Shown in pieces: positions 18,581 to 27,780 of a DNA stretch of 64,000 nt. The notes beneath the pieces were generated by a model that saw only the letters and a program-made list of their open reading frames with translations, ran no database searches and was not told the origin of the DNA. The stretch is from the IMG/VR virus record IMGVR_UViG_3300039412_001263. One strand, given 5' to 3'. Positions within the stretch are counted from its first letter, which is position 1, and each line of letters begins with the position of its first letter. The position numbers and the translations under genes were made by a program. The stretch is from a virus.

Positions 18581-18766
18581 GTGACATCGCAGCAATCCTT
18601 TTTTGATGAACTGCCCTTCCAACTTAAACGTTTACGCATAGAGTTTCCCCATTTAAAAGCGGTTTTGACTCATGCTCCATGCGAAAACTGCATTGAAAAC
18701 GTCAACTGCGAAGCTAAAACATGCCCGAAATTGTATGCTTGGCTACTTACAGTCGGAGGCATGTAG
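18581..18766 (+). CDS. Cys-rich microprotein
   Basis: CENC...C...C; GGAGG RBS coupling to the next gene. Confidence 0.6.
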   Translation: MTSQQSFFDELPFQLKRLRIEFPHLKAVLTHAPCENCIENVNCEAKTCPKLYAWLLTVGGM

Positions 18767-18768
18767 GC

Positions 18769-18948
18769 ATGGTTCAGAAATACATGAATCGTTTTGACCG
18801 CTTACGCTGGGAAAGAACGCATCCGCGTAGGCCTAGAAGAATCTTTCTTTGCACAGCAAAATATTGTGGCAAGTTTTCTCCGCGTTTTACTCCGCATCCT
18901 TCAAGCAACTGCTACGGCTGCAACAATTTACGAGTTGACGAACCATGA
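18769..18948 (+). CDS. Zn-finger microprotein
   Basis: CxxxxC...CxxC; start placed at ATG 18769. Confidence 0.55.
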   Translation: MVQKYMNRFDRLRWERTHPRRPRRIFLCTAKYCGKFSPRFTPHPSSNCYGCNNLRVDEP

Positions 18949-19076
18949 CTCAAATATTAGAAGACTGCGGAAATTGCCGCCACTGGTCATTCGGCAAATG
19001 CAAGCGCCCAAACTCACACGCTTACCTTCTTGAAACAACTGAGAATTACTGGTGCGACAAATGGAGTGAGAAATGA
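18945..19076 (+). CDS. Cys-rich microprotein (43 aa)
   Basis: Translated by hand: MTQILEDCGNCRHWSFGKC...YWCDKW; ATGA overlaps at both ends. Confidence 0.6.
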   Translation: MTQILEDCGNCRHWSFGKCKRPNSHAYLLETTENYWCDKWSEK

Positions 19077-19236
19077 TGAGTGACTTAGCTGAAGAAGAAG
19101 AGTTCCAAGAACAGATGGATCGCATTGAAAAGTTAGAGAAAGGTATCGCTGACATTCAACGGCAACTTAACGAAATCACGGCTGAAGCAGAGAAACGCGG
19201 AGTCGTCTTAATTCCGAAAAAAGGAGAAATCAAGGC

Positions 19237-19488
19237 ATGAGTGAAGTTCAAGTTAACATAAGCGGAAAACAATTACCTACCGACTATTTTGTTGTCCGAG
19301 TTCAACTGGTTCATGTAAAAAAAGGTTTCTTTGGCTTAACTGATACGCAACTAGCTGGTAACGCTGCGATTGCAACCACACGAAAAGAATCAGCGGAATT
19401 ATTCGAGAAATTCAGTACTCTAATGAAAGAATACGGAATACAATTTACCAGCATAGAAGAAATCAAAGAGAAATTTGGGAAGGCTTGA
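19237..19488 (+). CDS. Hypothetical protein
   Basis: ORF with upstream GGAG RBS in a co-oriented operon. Confidence 0.65.
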   Translation: MSEVQVNISGKQLPTDYFVVRVQLVHVKKGFFGLTDTQLAGNAAIATTRKESAELFEKFSTLMKEYGIQFTSIEEIKEKFGKA

Positions 19489-19658
19489 ACATGGGTTTGC
19501 TGGGTTTCAGGGAAAAGGTACACCAAAGGTTTTTACACGCTCATCCTTCAACTTTTTCCTTTGGTAGCGAGTTTAAGCATTCTCGTTTCTCCCATATGAA
19601 ACTCAGCAAGCCCTTCAAAGTTTCTTTTAATGCCAAACGAAAAGGAGACAAACAAACA

Positions 19659-19991
19659 ATGATAAATCCGTTTAAAAGAAGCAAAGATTATCCGCAAACT
19701 GAGCTAGAAGAGAAATGGAATTTTGTAGGTTTATTCTCTGCATTCATGGCGTTCTTTATTTTAACTATGCCTCTTCTGTTTGTTCTCGGTCAAGTTCGTA
19801 ATGTCCCAGAAGCATCATTAGCTTGGTTTGGTATAATGACTTTTTCAATTGTTTGGCTGTTATTTTACTTGTTTACCTTGCGATGGTGGCTTCAACTATC
19901 ACACAACTTTGGATTAATGATGTATCAGCTAGAGCAACAAAGCGAGAAAAAGAGGAGGCTTAAACTGAATGCCAAAACCGAAGAGACATAG
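19659..19991 (+). CDS. Two-TM membrane protein
   Basis: Start re-assigned to ATG 19659 after GGAG; two hydrophobic helices. Confidence 0.65.
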   Translation: MINPFKRSKDYPQTELEEKWNFVGLFSAFMAFFILTMPLLFVLGQVRNVPEASLAWFGIMTFSIVWLLFYLFTLRWWLQLSHNFGLMMYQLEQQSEKKRRLKLNAKTEET

Positions 19992-20098
19992 AGCTTTAGC
20001 CTTCTTAATGTTGGCTCCAGCCATCTTGCTATTCGCCATCGGCTGGGCACTTTACTTTTTCGGTGAAGGCAAAGGAAGACGGAGGACTAAAAAGAAAA

Positions 20099-20227
20099 AT
20101 GTTATCGCGTGATTGTACTGGTTGCTGTGTCATGCGTTACTGCAAAGTTCGTTTTGCGCGTGTTAAAAAAGGCGGCAAGGTTTACTGCCCGGACGGAACA
20201 GCCCACTTAGTTGACATGGAGGCTTAA
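20099..20227 (+). CDS. Cys-rich microprotein (42 aa)
   Basis: Translated by hand: MLSRDCTGCCVMRYC...YCPDG. Confidence 0.55.
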   Translation: MLSRDCTGCCVMRYCKVRFARVKKGGKVYCPDGTAHLVDMEA

Positions 20228-20234
20228 AACTAGC

Positions 20235-20363
20235 ATGTCCTGCATGACTTGCCTTCAGGAACGCTATGAGGCGATACGTAAATGCCAAGAGCGTAATCGT
20301 GTTCCAACATGTGGCGAGTGTAAGCTTGAGCCAATGTGCGGTTTGCTGCATGGAGCAGATTAA
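20235..20363 (+). CDS. Cys-rich microprotein (42 aa)
   Basis: Translated by hand: MSCMTC...KC...TCGECK...MC. Confidence 0.55.
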   Translation: MSCMTCLQERYEAIRKCQERNRVPTCGECKLEPMCGLLHGAD

Positions 20364-20511
20364 GTTAAGGAGGCTGAAAAGAAACGCCGATTAAAATTGT
20401 TCTGCCAAGTTTCTGTCCTGATCGCAAGGGTTTGCCACTGCGAGTTTGCGAGCGTAAACAGACTTGCGAAGATTGTAGCAACGAACATGTGGATTTGGAG
20501 ACTGACCCGAA

Positions 20512-20787
20512 ATGACTACGCAAACTTTAGAGAAAAATCCTATTGCGGAACTTTCGCCTTATGAAATCATAGAAGCTCGAAATGCTAGGCACCGAGCTTT
20601 GATTATGCAAATTCTCAAAGATTATCCTGAAGGCTTGTCAGTTCAACAAATTATTGCGAAGGAGCTGGATTATTTTGGCTACAGTTTTTTGACTGATAAT
20701 CGTTTGCGCGAGCTACGTAAGAAGGGCTGGGCTGAACCGTTTGGCGAGAATCCCCAGAAATGGAGGACTACAAAGCATGTTTCATAA
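20512..20787 (+). CDS. Winged-HTH DNA-binding protein
   Basis: ILKDYPEGLSVQQI...NRLRELRKKGWA pattern. Confidence 0.7.
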   Translation: MTTQTLEKNPIAELSPYEIIEARNARHRALIMQILKDYPEGLSVQQIIAKELDYFGYSFLTDNRLRELRKKGWAEPFGENPQKWRTTKHVS

Positions 20788-21068
20788 ATGGTCAAAGAAC
20801 CCAGCGTTTCAAATCAACCAGGCAAATTTTAAACGTAGCAAAAAAAAGGAGTGGCTATAAAACAGTGACTTTTACACCTTACCAAAAAGGCAAACTCTAC
20901 TGTGGCATGATGGGTCACTGGGTCCTCAAGAAAGACGGCGTACCCAACAAGTCAGGTCAATTACTTTGTCCAGATCACGGGAAACGTTTACGGCTAAAAG
21001 CCTGCCCCAAAACCGCTCAATACATACAGCACAAAAACGAGAGACAAAGAAAAATGGTGAAACAATGA
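20760..21068 (+). CDS. Zn-finger protein
   Basis: YCGMMGHW...LCPDHG..LR motif. Confidence 0.55.
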   Translation: MEDYKACFINGQRTQRFKSTRQILNVAKKRSGYKTVTFTPYQKGKLYCGMMGHWVLKKDGVPNKSGQLLCPDHGKRLRLKACPKTAQYIQHKNERQRKMVKQ

Positions 21069-21309
21069 AAAACAGAAACACATGCCTACACTGCCCAACA
21101 CTACACTGCGAAATCCGTAAAGAATGCCCAGACAAAGAAAGGAGACCAAAAAATTGACATTAGTTTTTGTCTTTAAAAAAGAAGTTCAAGCCATCTCTGA
21201 AAGATTCCGGCAAATAGACCAACATGAAGCTAAGAAACAACAGCAAAACCAACTCTACTACCAGAGACACCGAAAACAAATCCTGAAACAAAAAAGAAGT
21301 TCACAGTCA

Positions 21310-21411
21310 TAAATTAGTAAGATAAGTTAGTAATTTAAAAAAATTCGCAGTAGGAAAGGAATCCTACTGATAAGGAAAGTAATTAGAAAAGATAAGTTAG
21401 TAACTTATCTT
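21310..21411. repeat. AT-rich cluster of direct and inverted repeats (candidate origin/operator)
   Basis: AAGATAAGTTAGTAA at 21319 and 21389; perfect IRs CAGTAGGA-6-TCCTACTG (21348-21369), AAGATAAGTT-3-AACTTATCTT (21389-21411) and TAAATTA...TAATTTA (21310-21337). Confidence 0.8.
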
Positions 21412-21450
21412 AATAATTTATGTTTCAAAAGAAAAGGAAAAGCCAAAAAA

Positions 21451-21843
21451 ATGACGAAATTACCAGACATCAATAGTAAGCTCAAGTATGCTACATTCAA
21501 GGCTAAGAACATTGAAGACGAAGGAATTATAAGAAATCTTAAAAAATTAGCTATCCAGGATGATTTAGAAATTGGTGATTTACTTCGAGAAGCTATCCGA
21601 CTTTTGTTTGTGCAACATCATTTAGATCAAGGTGGCAATCCTCAAACAACATTAGTTAACTATGACCAAACCAAATTAACTTCACTTGGTAAATGTTCCA
21701 TTAATTCCTGCAAACTTAAAGCTGCCGTTGCTGGAATAAATCTTCTAAGTAAAAAAGAGCATAGATTTTGCAAGAAACATTATGAGACATTGCCTCAGCG
21801 GCATGATTCTAAAGTTTGGCAGTTCAAGGAGGTTGCAACTTGA
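21451..21843 (+). CDS. RHH-like regulator with C-terminal Zn finger
   Basis: IRNLKKLAIQDDLEIGDLLREAIRLL; C..C...FCKKH. Confidence 0.7.
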   Translation: MTKLPDINSKLKYATFKAKNIEDEGIIRNLKKLAIQDDLEIGDLLREAIRLLFVQHHLDQGGNPQTTLVNYDQTKLTSLGKCSINSCKLKAAVAGINLLSKKEHRFCKKHYETLPQRHDSKVWQFKEVAT

Positions 21844-22898
21844 TGGGTTTGTCTCTTGAGGCTGAACGTGAGTGCCAAACACAATCATTGGTTTTAAACA
21901 GAAAATTATTTGCCACAATAGGAAAGAGCCCAACAGAATACTTACAGGATTTCTGCCCTAGCCCTAAAAGTTTTCAATCAAAAGAGATAGATGTGTTAAA
22001 TTTCTGCGAGAGAACTTGGTGTAACGAGTTTTATAATGTTCCGTTTAAAGCTAAAGTTTGCCGTGATAATGTTGCTGCCGCAGAGTTTGATAGTTATGAA
22101 GATTGGTTGAAGCAACTGCCGAAAGAAACAAAGACGCGGCTTATGAAGGCGAGAGAAAAAGGGCTTGAAGTTAAAATTATTGATCCGAATGCGCGTTCAT
22201 CGCCGTTTAGTGATGTGAAAGAAGGAGTTAAATTAGCAGAGGGTATTTGGAAGATTTATAATGAGACTCCTATCCGGCAATTTAGACGATTTAACCATTA
22301 TGGGGTTTCATTAGAAAGTGTACAGCAACATGTGTTTACAACTGACAACATCATTATAGGCGCGTATATTTGGGTAGAAGAAAAGTCGGATGGAGATGTA
22401 TTTCTCAAGCATAAGTTGGTTGGTTTTGTTGAACTTCAATGTGGAGAAGATACAGGTGTCTTTGGTCAAATATTGAGTTTAGTTTCTTTTCGTGATGTGA
22501 TGCCGAATAATGCTTTGATTGCGAAGGCTGTAAAAATATGTTCTGATAGGAATTTGCATTGGCTTGTTTATGCTCGTATGGGCAATCATCCAAGTCTTGA
22601 TGTGTTTAAAAGAAATAATGGTTTCAAAAAAGTAGAGATTAAACGATTTTATGTTCCGTTAACCCTGCGCGGAAGAATATTTTTACTGTTTAGTTTGCAA
22701 CGGAGTTTTAAGGATGGCGTACCGATGTTTCTGAAGTCACTGGGATTTCACTTATACAATTTAGCAAGTAGAATTGGTTTAAGATTTAATGGGAAGATGA
22801 TGAAGCGTGAATATTGGTGGCTTCTTGTTTTGCTCGTTTCTTATGTAGCGGTGTGTGTTACCGGAATCATGTACCTACACCTTAAAGGGTGGTTGTGA
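21843..22898 (+). CDS. GNAT-fold, FemAB/CelD-like acyl/aminoacyl transferase
   Basis: W...L.K..R....KA.EKGLEV...; KLVGF; NALIAKAVK.C; SLDVFKRNNGF pattern. Confidence 0.65.
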   Translation: MGLSLEAERECQTQSLVLNRKLFATIGKSPTEYLQDFCPSPKSFQSKEIDVLNFCERTWCNEFYNVPFKAKVCRDNVAAAEFDSYEDWLKQLPKETKTRLMKAREKGLEVKIIDPNARSSPFSDVKEGVKLAEGIWKIYNETPIRQFRRFNHYGVSLESVQQHVFTTDNIIIGAYIWVEEKSDGDVFLKHKLVGFVELQCGEDTGVFGQILSLVSFRDVMPNNALIAKAVKICSDRNLHWLVYARMGNHPSLDVFKRNNGFKKVEIKRFYVPLTLRGRIFLLFSLQRSFKDGVPMFLKSLGFHLYNLASRIGLRFNGKMMKREYWWLLVLLVSYVAVCVTGIMYLHLKGWL

Positions 22899-23898
22899 AA
22901 AAGTGCAAATAGATATTTGTATGTGGACTCGAAATGGTGAGAGGACTCTTGGTACAGTTTTAGATAGAATCAACCAAGTCATCCCTAAAAAAGTTGTTCA
23001 CGACAAATTTATTGTTGATGATCGAAGCGCAGATGCTACGAGAGATATAGCTTCAGCTAAAGGTTGGGATGTTTACTTAAACAAGGGCTCTGGAATTAGT
23101 GATGGAGCTAACACAGCTTTAAAATATGTTGAAACAGAGGTTTTTTGTAGTTTCGAGCAAGATGTTATTTTAGCTAAGGATTGGTGGAGCAAAGTTGCTA
23201 TGCCGTTCTTTGATTCTGATTTGGCTGCTAGTAGTGGAATGCGTTTTGTTTCTCAGCCAAAAGGCATGACTACGCTTTTCAAGTATGTGGCTAAGAAGTA
23301 TCGCGGTGAACAATTAAGCCCATGGCTTCGCAGTCGAGAAGCTAACGCTTTTACTTTAGGTAAGACTTTAGATAACACAATTTACCGCACAGAAGTTATG
23401 CGAAAAATTGGCGGGTTTCCAGTTATGAATGTTAATGCTGGTGTCGATACAGTATTAGCTTGGACATTAAAAAAGTATGGCTACAATTGGAAGGTAGATT
23501 ATAATGTTCAAAGCATTCACTTGCGGAAAGGTTTATTTGATGAATTGGAAAGGCAACGTTGGTATGGCACTCAGATTAAAGATATTTGGCGAGCAATGAG
23601 TAAGATCCAGATGAAATCTCCAGTTAACACTTGGAGTGTTATTTACCGGCTGTTTCTTGCGCCTTTCAGCGGACTCTTTGTAGCTCTTAAAACAAGAGAT
23701 GCTACAGTAACTTACATTCATCCTCTTATCAGATTTTATTACGCATGGGGTTTACTTAAAGGTCCAAGTAGACAGAAACATTATCAATGTTCAGACTGTG
23801 GGATGACAGTTACAAAAGTGATGTTCAACCCTGTTGACGGCAATTATTATTGCGAGAAATGTTTTGATAATCCAGAATTAATAGGTGAGTTTGATTGA
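22855..23898 (+). CDS. Glycosyltransferase family 2 (GT-A) with C-terminal Zn ribbon
   Basis: ICMWTRNGERTL...IVDDRSADAT...EQD; C-terminal CSDC...CEKC. True start is probably the in-frame GTG near 22907. Confidence 0.85.
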   Translation: MLPESCTYTLKGGCEKVQIDICMWTRNGERTLGTVLDRINQVIPKKVVHDKFIVDDRSADATRDIASAKGWDVYLNKGSGISDGANTALKYVETEVFCSFEQDVILAKDWWSKVAMPFFDSDLAASSGMRFVSQPKGMTTLFKYVAKKYRGEQLSPWLRSREANAFTLGKTLDNTIYRTEVMRKIGGFPVMNVNAGVDTVLAWTLKKYGYNWKVDYNVQSIHLRKGLFDELERQRWYGTQIKDIWRAMSKIQMKSPVNTWSVIYRLFLAPFSGLFVALKTRDATVTYIHPLIRFYYAWGLLKGPSRQKHYQCSDCGMTVTKVMFNPVDGNYYCEKCFDNPELIGEFD

Positions 23899-23914
23899 AG
23901 CAAAAAGTTAAAGA

Positions 23915-25261
23915 TTGGTGTATAACTTGAAAGCGTGTATTGTGTTGCCAAGTAGCAGAATCTTTCAAGCATCAATAAGTTATGATTGGACTACCCGCTG
24001 GATTAATCATGGAGTAGCGTTGCTGATTGCTTATGCGAAAAAACAAGGTGTTCAACTTGATTTAATTGACACTCGAAGGCTTAGCGGTTGGGTTGATTAT
24101 GAAGCAAAAATTGCTGTCTATGATGTTGTATGTTTCAGTGTTAACACAATTGATTACTCTGTCTATCTTGAATGTTTGAGTCATCTGAAAAAAGTTAATC
24201 CTTCAGCAACTATTGTTGCTGGTGGCGTTCATCCCACTGTGAAGCTTTCAGATTTCAGTGATGACAACCGTGTAAACTTTATTATTCAGAAGGAAGGGGA
24301 AGTTGCTCTTGCTCACTTATTAAACTGCATCAAAGTTGGGGTAAACTCTCAAAGAGTGTTGGTAGGTGAACCAGTAGATTTAGACTCAATCCCCTTTATT
24401 GACAGAACATTATGGATGAATGAGTATCCTTGGGGATTGAAATTTTCTGGAAAGCAACCATTCGTGACAATATTAACCAGTAGGTCATGTTTGCAAAACT
24501 GTTTTTTCTGTTTCCCTTGCTCTAGAACAATGTTTGGAAACGAAGAAAGAAGACGTAGCGTTCAAAATGTTATTAGCGAACTTGTTTGGTTGCATGAACG
24601 CGCTGGCTTCAAAAGTTGGATGATTCATGATGATGGCTTTCTCCAGAATATAGATTGGGTTAAACAATTCATTGACTATTATTTGCATACAATAGAAGAA
24701 CCGAAACCTTTCATTATTCAGTCAAGGGCTAACTATCCAGTTCAGCATCCAGAAATAATCAAGGCATTGAAAAATATGGGTTTGGAAATGGCTATTGTCG
24801 GCTTTGAATCTGGAAGTGACAAAATCTTGAAGTTTCTGCGGAAAGGAACAACAAGAGAAACCAATCTGAAGGCAGCAAAAATCCTACATGAAAATGGCAT
24901 AAAAATATTTGCCAACATTTTAATGGGTCTACCAACTGAAACCCATGAAGACATAGACTTGACTATGAGTATGGTTCGAGAAATGAAACCTGAACATCTT
25001 AGTGTAGCAACTTTTAGCCCCTACCCAGGAAGCGACTTGCATGATTACTGTTGCCGAAATGATTTGATTATTGATGAGTATGCTTCACGTTATATTGGAG
25101 AACACAAAATAAAAGGTGTTGATTACGATTATATCCAAAAGGCAGTTGATGGCTACAATAAAGATCAGAACCAATTGAAGTATTGGCTAAGGCATTCTAA
25201 CTTTCCGATGGCATCAACCTTGAGAAGTTTGTACAAAAAGACTAGACGGAGGGTGCCGTAA
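23915..25261 (+). CDS. B12-binding-domain radical SAM enzyme (class B methyltransferase-like)
   Basis: N-terminal GVALLIAYAK...VAGGVHPT domain; TSRSCLQNCFFC; GFESGS; FSPYPGS. Confidence 0.9.
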   Translation: MVYNLKACIVLPSSRIFQASISYDWTTRWINHGVALLIAYAKKQGVQLDLIDTRRLSGWVDYEAKIAVYDVVCFSVNTIDYSVYLECLSHLKKVNPSATIVAGGVHPTVKLSDFSDDNRVNFIIQKEGEVALAHLLNCIKVGVNSQRVLVGEPVDLDSIPFIDRTLWMNEYPWGLKFSGKQPFVTILTSRSCLQNCFFCFPCSRTMFGNEERRRSVQNVISELVWLHERAGFKSWMIHDDGFLQNIDWVKQFIDYYLHTIEEPKPFIIQSRANYPVQHPEIIKALKNMGLEMAIVGFESGSDKILKFLRKGTTRETNLKAAKILHENGIKIFANILMGLPTETHEDIDLTMSMVREMKPEHLSVATFSPYPGSDLHDYCCRNDLIIDEYASRYIGEHKIKGVDYDYIQKAVDGYNKDQNQLKYWLRHSNFPMASTLRSLYKKTRRRVP

Positions 25262-25312
25262 CTGCTCGATATAGCGATCATAACCTTAAAGCCGAAAGAA
25301 AAAATTAAAACG

Positions 25313-25891
25313 TTGGAAACACTGAACTGCCCAGTACCGCACAAACTAATTTTTTGCCGTACATTAGGTTATGGCAAAGCAAGAAATGTTGCTGCTAAAG
25401 AGTTCGGTTGTTGTGGCTTAATGGTTCAGTTCAATGACGATCTTGTTATTTCACCTAAAATCTGGGATGTAATTCTTCAATTGAAACATGGAGAATTCAT
25501 TTTAACCCATGAAGGCAAACATCTGTGTAGTCGTGTCTTCGCAGTTTATCTTGAAGATTTTTGGCAATTACACGGTTGTGATGAAAAACTTAAGTATTGC
25601 TTTGAAGATGGCGACTTTGCTTTTAGAGCTCAACAAGCAGGTTTAAAACTGAAAGTGTTATCGCCAGATTTTGCTAAGCATATTCCGCACCCTCATGCTT
25701 TCTATAAAACAAAACGAATTGTTCCTGTCACATGGGAGTTCTGCCGCATGTACGTGAAATATAAAAGAAACTTTGATGATGACCCGTTACGCTTTTTTAT
25801 TCCCTTCCGAGATTACAGAGTTGCATTTCAACATTTGTTGCTAAGAGTAACTTTCACATTAGTTTGGATAATCAAAGGAGTTAATCATTAA
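25313..25891 (+). CDS. Short GT-A/GT2-like glycosyltransferase
   Basis: ARN.AAK...QFNDD...GCDE...FEDGDFAFRAQQAG motifs. Confidence 0.7.
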   Translation: METLNCPVPHKLIFCRTLGYGKARNVAAKEFGCCGLMVQFNDDLVISPKIWDVILQLKHGEFILTHEGKHLCSRVFAVYLEDFWQLHGCDEKLKYCFEDGDFAFRAQQAGLKLKVLSPDFAKHIPHPHAFYKTKRIVPVTWEFCRMYVKYKRNFDDDPLRFFIPFRDYRVAFQHLLLRVTFTLVWIIKGVNH

Positions 25892-25892
25892 A

Positions 25893-26081
25893 GTGAATAT
25901 TAAAAAGAAAATTTTTGAGAAGCTGAAACATGCGAATATACATGTTCAATCAAGACGAGGCTTTTTCCTGTCTGTGGATGAGGATGAAATCTTCTTTGAA
26001 CTTGGAGATGTACATACACGTAATTTACATCCAATACTCGAGGTCAGTATAAGAAACTGGCGTGGTGGTAGCAACCTATGA
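25893..26081 (+). CDS. Hypothetical protein
   Basis: Coupled within the modification operon. Confidence 0.5.
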   Translation: MNIKKKIFEKLKHANIHVQSRRGFFLSVDEDEIFFELGDVHTRNLHPILEVSIRNWRGGSNL

Positions 26082-27157
26082 AGTTGCATAGACCAAGAAC
26101 CTATTACAATATGGTACGCAACGAAGTGATTGATGTTATCGATGGCAAATACCATTGGCTAAAATATCCAACTACCGTTCAGATTGAAACTAGTAATTAC
26201 TGTGGTCCTAATCCTAAATACAGCGGTATAAACTGTTCCTATTGTTACCCCACGTGGAATAAGCTTTGCAAGAAGGATTTTTACGCTGAAATGAGCATGG
26301 AAGCAATAGAGTACATTCAAAAAGACATGGCTGAGAATATGCCGCGGCTTCATAGTAATTGCCAGGATTGCCGATATTTCCTTGACGGCGACCCACAGAA
26401 CGAATTGCGCTTGCCAGAGATTTTGAAGTCACACGATAAACTTGTGGGTTGGCTGCCTACTAACACTTTTAGCTGTGGTTCTAAACCTGAGAGAGCTTTT
26501 CTATTTTGTGACAAGAACTTGGATAGCGCTTGTTTTACACTTTCAGCATCTAACCGAGAAATATACAAGAAAGTTCATCGTGGCGATAAATTTGAACAAG
26601 TAATAAAGACTCTACATTACGTAGATGAGCACCGATGTAGTAATCAAAAGATTGAGGTTCATTATACTATCACTAAGGATAACTTTGCTTACATGAATGA
26701 TTGGTGGGAACTAGTGGGTGCTACGTTTCCAGATTTCAAACGCGTCTTCAGTCCTTTGGTTATTAATGATTATACAATTCCCAGCAAACATGTTTTGGGC
26801 AATTTAACTTTGGAGATGCAGGAAGAAGCAATATCAAAAATCAATATAACGGCTTACCAGTTTAAACATACTGCCCCACCTATGGGGTGGCCTTGCGTCT
26901 TGTGGGGTAACGGCTCAATCAATGTTCATGGCGATTTGCTTCAGTGTTGTTGTTGGGGTGCTGAAAGAAGTTTGAAGTATGGCGACATTAAAGATTACAT
27001 GAAAGAAGGAAAATCAATTAAGGATTTTTGGAAGATGAGGATACTTAACCTCCAAGAAAATGATATTTGCTCGATGTGCAACCTCCGTCATCCAGAATAC
27101 AAGCAACGATTAGCATTGATACAATCTTTAATGAGTCGCATGGAGGTAAAAGATTGA
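26078..27157 (+). CDS. Radical SAM protein with SPASM/twitch domain and expanded Cys motif
   Basis: PTTVQIETSNY-CX10CX2C; C-terminal PC...INVHGD...CCC...GDI...CSMC. Confidence 0.85.
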   Translation: MKLHRPRTYYNMVRNEVIDVIDGKYHWLKYPTTVQIETSNYCGPNPKYSGINCSYCYPTWNKLCKKDFYAEMSMEAIEYIQKDMAENMPRLHSNCQDCRYFLDGDPQNELRLPEILKSHDKLVGWLPTNTFSCGSKPERAFLFCDKNLDSACFTLSASNREIYKKVHRGDKFEQVIKTLHYVDEHRCSNQKIEVHYTITKDNFAYMNDWWELVGATFPDFKRVFSPLVINDYTIPSKHVLGNLTLEMQEEAISKINITAYQFKHTAPPMGWPCVLWGNGSINVHGDLLQCCCWGAERSLKYGDIKDYMKEGKSIKDFWKMRILNLQENDICSMCNLRHPEYKQRLALIQSLMSRMEVKD

Positions 27158-27777
27158 AGATTGCGTCAGCAACATATAATCTAAGATTAAAGCTGGTGTT
27201 AATCTTGATGCATGTTCTTACTCCAAAGGTTTACTCTTGTTTTAAAGAAATGTATTTTCACCCTCCCATAAACGATTTGCCAAGACCTATGATAAAATAT
27301 ATCGCCCATTGTCATCTGAAAAATCTTGTTGGAGCAGAAATCGGAGTTAGTGCTGGAGCAAACGCTGAGAGCATGTTTAAACTGCTCAACTTGAAACAAC
27401 TATACGCTATTGATCCATATACTCGTTATTTTGAGAACGAATTAATCAACAGCGCCCATGTTAACGCTAAAGATACTGCTTTTTCTGTTTTGAAGGATAA
27501 GCCTGTGGTGTGGCTTATTGAACCTAGTGTGAATGCGAGCAAAAAAATACAGGAACCATTAGACTTCGTTTACATAGATGCGAACCATGAATACAAAAAC
27601 GTTAAAGAAGACATAGAATCTTGGTATCCACATATACGAGTAGGCGGAGTTCTTGGAGGGCATGACTACACTTTCATCCATGGTGGAGTCGTAAAGGCAG
27701 TAACAGAATTTGTTGAAAGCAATAAACTTAGCCTCTATACCTCTTATCCAGATTGGTTTATAGTTCGGGAGAATTAA
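27154..27777 (+). CDS. Class I SAM-dependent methyltransferase (Methyltransf_24-like)
   Basis: GAEIGVSAG; DFVYIDANHEY...GGVLGGHDY; start TTG 27154. Confidence 0.9.
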   Translation: MKIASATYNLRLKLVLILMHVLTPKVYSCFKEMYFHPPINDLPRPMIKYIAHCHLKNLVGAEIGVSAGANAESMFKLLNLKQLYAIDPYTRYFENELINSAHVNAKDTAFSVLKDKPVVWLIEPSVNASKKIQEPLDFVYIDANHEYKNVKEDIESWYPHIRVGGVLGGHDYTFIHGGVVKAVTEFVESNKLSLYTSYPDWFIVREN

Positions 27778-27780
27778 AAA

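Noticed and set aside
19485-19658. N-terminal extension of the 168-aa ORF in the track
   Set aside because: A better RBS and ATG lie at 19659; the extension is not protein-like and is probably non-coding or a separate small ORF.
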